A DNA stretch of 64,000 nucleotides, taken from Podarcis tiliguerta. Its lineage: Eukaryota. A program made the position numbers and the translations under genes. This document shows positions 1 through 10,330 of the stretch, piece after piece; the stretch's first letter is position 1, and each line of letters opens with the position of its first letter. The stretch lies in the NCBI GenBank assembly GCA_965153285.1, contig OZ229112.1; one strand, 5' to 3'. Under the pieces are notes generated by a model. The model worked only from the letters and a program-made list of their open reading frames with translations, did not search any database and was not told where the DNA came from.

Positions 1-1231
1 TTTTGGAACCAGAAAAATCAATGCCTTATTGTTCAGTGATTTCTCTTTGCATGTTTCTTTGTGCGCTCGGGGGGAGAATGTACATTTGTTCTCTTGCTTG
101 AAAATGCATTATTTAGCTATAATTCATTTAGGAGTCGAGACAAAGATATTGTATGACATTAGTATTCTGAAGTAGTATTGATTACCGGTATGAAATGAAA
201 ATATATAATTGATGAAAACATCACGATCCTGCAGGCACAGTCAGATTGGAAGGTTAAAGGAAAGCTAATCAAGAGGATGAGGAAGGAGAGGAGGAGGAAG
301 AAAAAGAAGATCTACATGTAGTCTAGTGAGCGGACTCTGAAAACATAGGAACGGGGAATTTTCCATCAGTGCTGCAGCTGTCATTAGCAAAGAGAAATTG
401 TTCCTTTGGGGCAAAAGCGTCAGCTTTGGCCTAATTTCATCTCTGGTGGTCTCCCTCTGTTTTGCATATAAGTCCCATCTCAGGTATTCACTCCCAGGAT
501 GCTCTCAATGCAAGGCAACCTCGGGTCAACTGATTTGGTTTGAAGCCTGATGTTGGTAAGGATACAGAAATATGTTCCATTTTGGGTCATCAGCATATTC
601 GTATCTTTAGAGTGCCAAATCAGAAATATTGCAGCTAATAGATATATGAACAGACTGGCAGCCTTGGCAACCATATTGCTAGACCTCCTATGGTCACCAT
701 CATAACTCATTGAACTTGAATTGCCACATGTGCAAGAGGTGAAGGCAACTGAAGTTGGAGATAAAGCCAACCCAGAACAGGAGTAATGTTCTTGGATAAA
801 ATTTGCAGACAGAAATAGTCTGGTACAGCCTCCTCTACCCCGTGGCTTGGCTTGACTAGCAGTAAATTCTGTCTCCAATCTGAAAAGAAGCAGATAGTAT
901 CAGAGCATTACCAGACTCTGCCCTTTGTTCCTAAAATGTCTACTGGTGCTAGAGAGAGGGGAAAGTTGGTGTATTTTGTTACTTACTGATTTACTTACTA
1001 AATGCTTTGACTGTTCTTCATTATAAAAGAATCACAGAGTGTGTTCCAGCAGAAAATAAAAGCATATATTATACAACATAAAAATGGTGCCTTCCCCTCT
1101 TCTGATTGTTTCTGCTGTGCTGGTGACACACTTCCTTAACTGAGGAAGTAGCAACTGGCTGAGAATGACTCACTACAAACAAATCTGTGTGAGCTGCATA
1201 AAAGCTGTAGATAAATTTGTGAATCTTCTCC

Positions 1232-1722
1232 TGTGGCGTTTGCCCTCCTAGGTGTGTGACATCATACTGGGTTCATAAGGAAAGGGTTAACTAATTGTAA
1301 AATGACTAACCTATAGGAACCCAAGGGGAGCAGTTAGAGTTAAAGTTAGAGTTGTTAAGAAGTCAGTCTGGAGTTAGAGAAGAGAGAGGGAGGATAAGTC
1401 GGTGGGTTGGGCTAGTCTGATGTGAGAGAGTGAGAGAATCTGTTAAGAGTCAGACAGTTGTGATAATCAGTCAGAAGATATTAGGAAGGTATAGGCCGGT
1501 AAAGAAACTAAGGTTAAGAAACTGACAAGAAAATTATCTGAGGAACCATAAACTTGTTAATGCTTATAAAATAAACTTGTTTATTTGGTTTAATTTTAAC
1601 AACTGTCTGGACTCAGTGTGTACCCGAGAGTAACGGATTGGTGGCAGCGGGGAAGCAAGTACAGTGGTGGCACAGGGATCAATAGACCGTCAAATGTCCG
1701 GAGACCCTGTGTGAGCGCCACA
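1232..1722 (+). mobile_element. Solo LTR (Gypsy/ERV-type), 491 bp
   Basis: Begins TGTGGCG and ends CGCCACA (7-bp terminal inverted repeat, TG...CA). Perfect 5-bp TSD TCTCC at 1227-1231 and 1723-1727. AATAAA at 1570-1575 gives orientation. No internal gag/pol. Confidence 0.9.
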
Positions 1723-3540
1723 TCTCCATTCTACTAAAACTCTCAAAAAAGAAACAGAAAGAAAGTTCGCACCATAGGGCCAGCCACCGATGGTACCTTC
1801 CAAACAGACTTCCTTGTGGGAGCTGTTTCATATGACTTCACACTCTGACTTAAGATTGGACTTGTGACTGGCCAAATCATTTGTGATTGGCAACTGGCTC
1901 TTTTATGCAGACACCAAAACAAGTTTTACAGAATCCTTGGAGGGTTGCTATACTAACTTGACTGGGTAGGCTGTGTTTGTGGGTCAGAAGCTGGACAGAA
2001 GTACTGTAACTTTGGCTCATATTTTATATATATATATATAAAAGCAAGCAATATTTTTATGATGTGGTATCTGAAATAAAGGTAATCTGTTATGTTCTAA
2101 TAGAAGTTTGATGTGTGGAAAAATGGAGCATCTCATACGTGCTTTGGGGCTGTGGTGTGGTAGCAAAAAATGATGATCCTTCAGCAGAAGAAACATCTGG
2201 CAACCCCATGTATCATCACCCTTCCTCTTGGTGATCAATCATCTGCATGAAGCTTACCTTAATTTTTTTCATACATGAAACATTCATCATTTGTCACGTT
2301 GATAATGAATGCTTCATTGCTTTCCAAAGACCTAGGGCAGGAGAAAGTACCCCAAATAAGGAACAGAGATGTCTATAGCTTTCAGCCATTTTGGTCAGCA
2401 CTGCTCCTTTAACAAGCGTCATCCATCGTATTAAACTAATAGTGCTGAGATCTTAAAGAATTTCATGGCCTAGAGTTTCACATTGTTTGAACAATTTAAT
2501 ATATGAAAGAAGTTTCTAAATTGTATTTCAGCTACATTGTAAACCTCAGTTGCTACACTTTTTCTGGTTCCCTTTTTACCCTTCTTTTAAAGAACTTGTT
2601 CATGTTTATTAGTTGTAAGAGGATGCTGCTTTTGTCTCTTGGACAGACTTGCTTTCTGTTTTGCTGTAAGCTGTAGATGCTGAAACTGAACAATAAAGAC
2701 GAAATAGCATGACATGGTGGCCTAATTGGTGTTTATCAAAAGGAGTGTTGTGTCTTCTTGAGTTGCTGGCCATATCCATTAAGTTTCATTGAATTACCTC
2801 AGGAATTAGCCATTTAAGTTTTGCTTTCCCAACTTCACATATTTGTGGAGAGCAACAAACCAGAGTCAGGTTTTTTTAATCATCTTGGGAATTCACCACA
2901 CAGTTTATCAGACTTAGTTTTGGCCTGAATCAAGGCCTATAAATTAAAAGCATACCCTCAATAAGGAGGCAGCTTTGATGTCTAATAGGGATTCTGTGAA
3001 TCCATCATTTAAATATTTTAGATTTATAATCAGAGGGCTTGCCCCTTCACTCCATTCCCCATAATACTTCCCTCCTCCCCATGATCACTTTTTCCACCCG
3101 CTTCTGACAAATGTTTCCCTCAGATTACATTCATTAATGCAGTTGATGCGTAACTAGCCCTTGGGCCACAGGGATCAGAGACAATTCAAAACATCAGCTT
3201 TCCCATATATTGAAAATAAAGTTCAAAAGGAGTTGAGAAGATCTTTCAACCAATCTGAATGGTTTGGATTCTGTATCAACGTATATCTGCCGAGAGAATG
3301 CTGCAGAATTTTAAACATTTCAGCATCAACCAAAGTGCCACAGAATCAGCCACGTGCCAATTAAAGAATTTCACAAAAGATGAAGAAATCATGGGATTGG
3401 ATCAAAATCATGTGTTCTACGCCTTCAGTGTCAAAAAAAACCACCCATGTTTTGAATATTTATCATCCCCTTGTTTCTCCTACTATCTTCACAGTCTTCC
3501 AAAGCTCTTCACTGCGTTGCAAAAGCTTTTCCAGATAAGA

Positions 3541-4480
3541 GTATATAGATAGAAGTGATCCTGTTGACATAATGTACAAAGACTTTCAAAACGCTTTCCA
3601 CAGCGTACCTCACCAAAGACTCCTGAGAAAGCTTAGAAGTCATGAAACAAGAGAAGAGGTCCTCTTGTAGATCAGGAATTGTTTAAGTAGCAGGAGCCAG
3701 AGAGTAAGCATAAATGGGCACTTTTTGCAATGAAGAGATATAAAAAGTAGAGTTCCCCAAAGATTGGTATTGGGAACCGTGCTTTTTAATTTGTTCATAA
3801 ATGATCTAGTTAGGACTGAGCAGTGAGGTGGTCAGGCCTTCTGATGATTTTAAACTGTTCAGGGTTCTTAATGAGAGAGGGAAATTACAAAGAGCTCCAA
3901 ATAGCCCTCTCTCAACTGAGTGAATGGGCAATAAAATGGCAAATACAATTCAATGTAAACAAGTATAAAATGATGCTTCTTGAGGCCAAAGTTCTTAATA
4001 TCACATATACTTTCATGGGGTCTGAAAAGGTAGTGACCAACGAGGAGCAAAACCTTGGGGTCGTAGTAGATAGCTTAGTGAAGATATCGATCCATGGTAG
4101 GGCAGCTGTAAAAAAAGGCAAAATCCATGCTAGGAATCATTAGGAAAAGAACTGAAGGATGCCAATATCATGATGCCAGTATGCCAATCTTTGATGTGAC
4201 TACATTCAGATTACTGTGTACAGTTGTGGTCCCACTTCTAAAAGGATATTGCAAAGTTAGGGAATATTCAGGAAAGAGCAACCAAAATAACTGTGACAGA
4301 AGTTTCTAAAATTAAGAATGGCATGGAGAGAGTCGAGAAAGAAAATGCTTTCCCCTCTGTCATAACACCAGAATTTGCAGGAGAAGATATTGCTCTTGTG
4401 CTCATGTTCTGTTTGCCGGATTCCCACAGGCATCTGAATGTCCTCTTGGGTGTGCATGAAAATGAGGAACTAGGTCTCCA
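3541..4480 (+). mobile_element. CR1 LINE, degenerate ORF2 RT-to-3'UTR fragment
   Basis: Translates to IDRSDPVDIMYKDFQNAFHSVPHQRLLRKLRSH...RVSING...VPQRLVLGTVLFNLFINDL, then LSEWAIKWQIQFNVNKYK and NLGVVVDS, MLGIIRK. These are CR1 RT motifs with stops and frameshifts, followed by a CR1-like 3'UTR. Confidence 0.93.
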
Positions 4481-4525
4481 GCTAAACAATTTGTAGTTAC
4501 ATCATGAGCTTTAGTCCTACTATAT

Positions 4526-4661
4526 CAGGCACCCCCAAACTTGGCCCTCCAGCTGTTTTGGGACTACAGCTCCCATCATTCCTAGCTAACAGGACCAGTG
4601 CTCAGGGATGATGCGAGTTGTAGTCCCAAAACAGCTGGAGGGCCGAGTTTGGGAGTGCCTG
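4526..4661. mobile_element. Intact palindromic hAT-type MITE, 136 bp
   Basis: Long TIRs CAGGCACCCCCAAACTTGGCCCTCCAGCTGTTTTGGGACTACA ... TGTAGTCCCAAAACAGCTGGAGGGCCGAGTTTGGGAGTGCCTG. Perfect 8-bp TSD TACTATAT at 4518-4525 and 4662-4669. Confidence 0.92.
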
Positions 4662-5268
4662 TACTATATCCATCTACAACATATAGCAACAATTATATCA
4701 CTACTTGTTAATGCTGCATAACTTTGTGTAGAATCATGATATGGCACATGTCATCAGAACCTCAAATCACCACTGTGCCAGTTGACAGCAACGCCCAATA
4801 ATGTGGACACTTCCAGGTTTGTTCCAAAAAACTTAAAGGAAATGCAAAAGCTTTTACACCCTTCAGTCTTCAATTTGTGCTTCATCAAACATTCTCAAAT
4901 CTATTATCTAGCCAGGATCACACTGTGAGACCTAGATAAAATGATTTATGTTAGAAATAAAAGTGGCAAAACAATTTAGAATGCACTGATCTTGCATAGT
5001 ATGTTCATTTGTATGTGTTTTTCTTTTGTAGAGAAGTGTGCCAGTTCTTTTTATTTTTGTACATTGGCAAGGTCACTGTGACATATTTGTAAATACACAT
5101 GTAGGGCAATATCAAAAGACAATAGTCACCAAAAGCCAAACCAGGGTGTATGAAAACATATTTAAATAAGGCATGATTAAGGCTAGAAACAATACACAAT
5201 CATAAAGAACAAACTTCCAGATCTAAAATTGTTTGCAGTTGTTAATCTCACCTTTTTCTTCACACTTA

Positions 5269-5688
5269 GGCCAGGTTCAAGTGCAACAGGAAACCTTGGT
5301 TTTCTACTACATGTATCAACCATGGGAAACCTTCAGCTTTTGTAACCATGAAGAGGAGACTGAAAGCTTCCCCTTCCAGTCTTAAACTAACCATAGTTTT
5401 TTTCCCTCAATGAAGGTTTATATTTTAAACCATAGTTGAAGAATAACCCAGGATCTATACCTACAGTTGATCCTAGTTTGTTCTTTGCTAACTATAGCTA
5501 AAGCAAGCCAAAGTTCTGAAGCATCCAGAACTGTGGTTAGCTTAAAATAAAAATAGAAGCTTTCAGTTTCCTTGTCTGGAATGCAGCAGAGGAAAAACAG
5601 AGAAAGTGCAACTTTGACCCTGAAGTTCTCGTTGGCTCTTGCACATGTAGTGGTAAATAGTGATTCCCTGTTATCTCTGAAGCTGGCC
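5269..5688. mobile_element. Old palindromic MITE, Harbinger-like
   Basis: 5' end GGCCAGGTTCAAGTGCAACAGGAAACC...CTACATGT mirrors 3' end ACATGTAG...CCCTGTTATCTCTGAAGCTGGCC. Inner arms ACTGAAAGCTTC/GAAGCTTTCAGT also pair. Left flank is TTA. Confidence 0.65.
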
Positions 5689-5879
5689 AAAAGAGTTTTT
5701 CATTCGCAATATACCTATGTCTAGTCTGGCTCCACTGTTATATAACCTAATAATGTTATCCACAACATCAGTGGGTCATTCACCTATGCATCTTCCATAG
5801 TGATATATGCCAACTACTCCCACTAATGGCCTTCTGCATTCTAAATAGGACAAATTCGCTCCAGCGAAAGATTTGCTTT

Positions 5880-6530
5880 AAGCCTGGTAGTCATATCACT
5901 GTCTCTCCCAATGTCGTGATTATGACACAGCTCTTTTTCAGCACATGAACGATTCCCCATCTCCGCCAACACTCATTTCAAGCTTCTAGCTCTGTCATTT
6001 AGCACTCTCACACTTTGTCCATAGCTGTAACTCTTTCTCCTCTCCGTTAATCTTTCTAGCCCAACTCACCTCAATGTGTAATAATATCAGAAGCACTCCT
6101 TCGTGCAGAAACAGCCAACCATTACGGAAATGTGAAACCACTTTAACCACTTTACCAATAATGTCTGCACTCTAGAAAAGCAACTGGGTGTGCAGAAATG
6201 GGTTTTGCTGTGCAGAAAGTGTCTCGGTAGTAATGCTCTAGGTAGGAAAACATAGTAAGCAGATGGAAAGCTAGACAACTGCAGAAGCTATAGCCATGTA
6301 GCCAGGGTTGTTCTGCGCCTCATTATGAGATGGAATCCTCATACTTTCAGTGCTTGGGAAGATTCCCCATCCCTTCTGACATGAGTTTCAGAAGGTTTCT
6401 AACATGCACTCATACTTTGTCCATAGCTGTATGCCTTTCCCCTCTCATCTGTTCCTTATTATGATGCTTCAAAGACCTTCCCTGGGGGAAATGTCTTCAC
6501 TCTGCAATGGAATGAGAACATCCCTTCCTC
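5880..6530 (+). mobile_element. Ancient L2-like 3' remnant present as two diverged copies
   Basis: PISANTHFKLLALSFSTL resembles L2 LPIxxRIQFKLLVLTFKAL. GATTCCCCATC and ACTTTGTCCATAGCTGTA each occur twice, about 400-410 bp apart. Confidence 0.45.
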
Positions 6531-7901
6531 ATGACTTATGGTTAGCCTCTCCCAGTTTGTAGATCTTTCCTTTCCCTTTCCTTCCCCACCAGACCCATGA
6601 AGAGGGGGGCAGAAAGCCGGGTATACTTTCCCCAGACCTCAGGGGGCCCCGCCATAGACTGGCTGCTTTTTTGTTTGCATTTATAATTTATTCTAACAAG
6701 ATTTCCATCCTGGGCCTCAGGTGAGTTCTGCATGGGCCTGTTCCCCCACCGCCGCCATAAAGCAATAACATGAGGCAGCATGTTATTAAATATAACAGCC
6801 TTTGTTAAATATAAATATAACAGGTTAAATTTCCTATACAAGAAAGCTAACTTAGAACTTTTCCTTCCATAAAGGAAAATAAAATATGTCCAGCCCATGG
6901 TCTTCAAAAATGTGATTCAGTTAAAACATTTTAAAAGACATTTATTTAGATACTTGATTAACCAATCATATAACTAACTCACTACTCAAACATTTACCTC
7001 CCACCAATTATTTCTCTTAGTGGGAATAACAGAACTACTGGATCCTGGTTAAAGTCCTAGTTACTCAGTGGTAATGAGTAAGATACAGATTCTCAGATAT
7101 AAAGAAAGGTAGGTGTAGCTAAATCCTGTCAAAATTCCTGGGCTTTAAATTAGTTGCAACTAACTTGTCCCATTGGTTGCCGTAAAACCTAGTAACATTT
7201 TCTGGATTCGTGCCAGTTTAAAATGATTGAAGATCACAACCAGGACATTTAAGTTGTCTATAAATACTGTAAGAGTAGCAAGTTAAAACTGAATAAATCA
7301 AGAAGCACATTTTCCCACCTTGCCTGAGTTAAAGCTTCAGAGGTACAAAATGTCATCTTAAAGATTAAAGGTTAGCACATGATATATAGCCAATCAGCTC
7401 AGCAGACACCTTATCTATCAAGTCCATCTTATAAAGGTAGCATTGCCTAAACTGTACTAAGATACCAGGGGATGTAGACTAGGATCCCAAACTTTGAATC
7501 AATGAACTTAATACATTCACTCACTAGTTTTAAAGCCTGAACTGGTTTTGTGGGCTAAGATTTTTATATCTACACCTCTACTTGCGTCCATACTCAATTC
7601 CAAGAGAGCAAGTGTTGTCTAGTCACTGCCTTTTTGCTCCCAATTGTCATCAGCTGACGTTGAAATGTCAAAGGGGAGCCAAATCAACTTCCCATCATCC
7701 CTGTATCCTGCAAGTAATACCAAATGTATCTTCTTCTGGCACACAATCCCATGTATTATATGGGATTGCCTCAATGCTGTCTCTGAGTTGTGTGTAGCCA
7801 TTAGGTTCTAAGTATTATCAGAATGAGCTGTGATTTTTGCTCCTTGTTATGAAACTTATACCAACTCCACGTGACATCCTCTGGTCTACCACTCCAGTTC
7901 T

Positions 7902-8074
7902 GGGGTATAGCTCAGTTGGTAGAGCATCTTTTTTGTCCTAGGTTCAGCATTTCCAGGTAGGAACGGGAACCCTGTCTGAAACCCTGAAGAACCACCAGCA
8001 GTCAGTGTAGGCAATGCTGAGCTAGATTGACCAAGGGTCTGATTCAGTGTAAGGCAGTTTCCTGTGTTCCTATG
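7902..8074 (+). mobile_element. tRNA-derived SINE with CR1-like tail (squamate Squam-type)
   Basis: tRNA-like head GGGGTATAGCTCAGTTGGTAGAGC (A box) and GGTTCA (B box). Body CAGTCAGTGTAGGCAATGCTGAGCTAGA, tail AAGGCAGTTTCCTGTGTTCCTATG. Shared with copies at 9.9, 40.9 and 61.9 kb. Confidence 0.85.
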
Positions 8075-9922
8075 TCTCCCTTCCTGGTACCATTTTGGAA
8101 GACTTATTCTCTGCTTCTCTGTCAGAGCAGATCAGAGGCTGATCAGATCAGATCAGATGCAAAAATTACATTTGTGGCTGTGATCGGCTACTAGCCAGCC
8201 ATATTTGCTGTTGCTTTTCCTGGCTACTGGTTCCAAATCCCAGGGCTAACTCTCAGAAATACTCTCTGTATAAAGACAGTGCAAAGGTGACTCTAGCTGT
8301 CCTCGGTTAGTAGGAGATAAGCTTATGGACCTACCAGAGGAGCAATGAGGAGAATTGATTTCTTACTTCAGAAATGACCAAGCTTCTCCCAAACCTATAA
8401 AACTTATAATTTGCTGGCTTCATATCATTGTGGAGAAAAGTAAGTCAGGAACAACATTTGCTTTTTATTTCGTTATTTGGCTGAAAACCGGAGTTGTCTT
8501 GTGTATGTGCATCAGTTAACCTAATTTCTTAGGTAAGTGAGACTCCCAGTTCTGATCTGGGTAAATTCTAACCAAGCATGATTTATCCCACATGACTTTG
8601 ACCTGTACTTGCTCCGAGCTATTAGGAAAGCACACTGAGGGCACATGTCTAACTCCCAGATGTTGATGCCTGAGAAGGAGGAGGGTTTAAGATGGTGTGC
8701 AGATGCTTCTCTACTGGTCTCCATGAGTGAAAGGGAGAGTGGCTGATGGGACAAGGTCTTCCACAGTGAAGTCACCTAGCACTGCCCTGGTGGATGGGAA
8801 GTTATTACTGCTGGTTTTTCTGCTGGTGGTCATAGCTGGGAGAAACATCCACAACAGGGTGTTTTAGGGTGTGGCACCAGAGTCTGTGGGATGCAAAGTC
8901 CCACAGATCCCTTGAGGGGCCTGTTTGCCCTCAGGTGCCCCAGATGATACTACATAAAAATGTCCTTTCCACACTGGCCACCACAAGCATTGGGACTTGG
9001 GGTGCAGTAGTGCATTGCTCTGCTGCTCCAGGGCTGGGGGATGGGGTTTCTGTGTGACCCTTGGTTATTTATGGTTATACTTTCAGAAGCTTGTTGGAGA
9101 AACAAGTAATGCAAATTTTAGTACTGCAGTGTCAGTGATGATTTTTAAAAAAGTAGATAAATAGATGTTATGTTCCCAAATGTTTATAATTCACTTAGAT
9201 TTCTTGTAATGTTTAAATGAGGGGGGGGGGGCTTGCTAGGTCCAAGCATGCATCCTGATAGCAATTGTTTACTTCAATTCAAAATGTCACATTCAGAAAT
9301 GATGGCATCCATTTGTTCTGCTAGATACTCTGTCTCCCTTGCCTATGCTTCTTAATTTCCTTCTCCTTCTGTTACTAGTCTTATGACTAAATGCTTCAAT
9401 TTATTCGCCATACAATGTCACTACACTCGATTTTGGTCATTTATTACATTTTCTCTCTCTAGCTTTACAGTATGGCCAAGGTGTAAGTGGGGGGAGGGGG
9501 GAAGAGTGCTTTAAAGACATTGCAATGTATCAAGGTTTTCAATTTGATGCTCCCAGGCCCTTGAGGAGTCAGGAACGTGTTTCACCGAGGTCGCGGAAAC
9601 TTTCTTCTTTTTTAAATTTTATTTTGCGCCCTTTCATCTCAAGGTTGCCAGATGTCTCCCCAGATGGGAGCTTCGGTATGATAAAGCAGGTATCTTAGCT
9701 TACTGCAAGTAAACAACTGAGCTCTGCAAGTCCTAAAGCCTACCACAAAGTAGAATAGCTATACATAGAACGCTGTGCAAGTTATAATAACTGTGCAAGT
9801 TAAAATCTAATCAGCCAACACAAATTACCCAGTAGATACAAATAACATTCAGCATTCACGGAAGTAGGATCAGTCTAAATGTGTTCTCCACACCGGGCTA
9901 AGCAATCAGACTTAACACAAAA

Positions 9923-10081
9923 GGGCTGTAGCTCAGCAGTACAGTATCTGCCGTGGAACCTGAAGGTCCGGGGTTCAGTCCCTGTAATCTCCAGGCAGGG
10001 CTGGAAAGACTCCCTGCTCAAAACCCTGGAGAGCCACTGCAATGGTCTGACTCCGTATAAGGCAGCTTCCAAAGTTCCTAT
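9923..10081 (+). mobile_element. tRNA-derived SINE, same family, with internal deletion
   Basis: GGGCTGTAGCTCAGCAGTACAG...GGTTCAGTCCC...AATGGTCTGACTCCGTATAAGGCAGCTTCC. Lacks the CAGTCAGTGTAGAC...GCTAGA segment seen in the other copies. Confidence 0.85.
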
Positions 10082-10159
10082 AAAGTGGGCAGTATGGATT
10101 CCCTACCCACCATTCTATGCCATGCTTCTTTCAGGAGGCTGTAAATTAACGAGTTCTGT

Positions 10160-10330
10160 TCATAGGAATAAGTCTCAGACTATTGGCCCATTATTGTCTG
10201 CTCTGCTGATAGCACCTCTCAGGCAGACATCTTTTACACCACCAGCTTCCTGATCCTTTTCTTTAACTGGAGGTGCCAGGGAGTGAACCAGGCAAAGCAC
10301 AAGCTCTCCAATAGAGATACTGGCTCTTCT
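10160..10330 (-). mobile_element. Degenerate tRNA-derived SINE, opposite orientation
   Basis: Reverse complement shows a tRNA-like head (...GAGAGCTTGTGCTTTGCCTGGTTCACTCCCTGGCACCTCCAG) and a TTCCTATG-type tail. Confidence 0.5.

Noticed and set aside
3823-4496. ORFs with RT-like peptides (also 59729-60088 and 27520-27744)
   Set aside because: Fragments of broken CR1/L2 ORF2 with stops and frameshifts; not host genes or active elements.
7902-7960. tRNA-like sequences here and at 9923, 13803, 40928 and 61889
   Set aside because: These are SINE heads: no complete cloverleaf, and each continues into a SINE body and LINE-derived tail.
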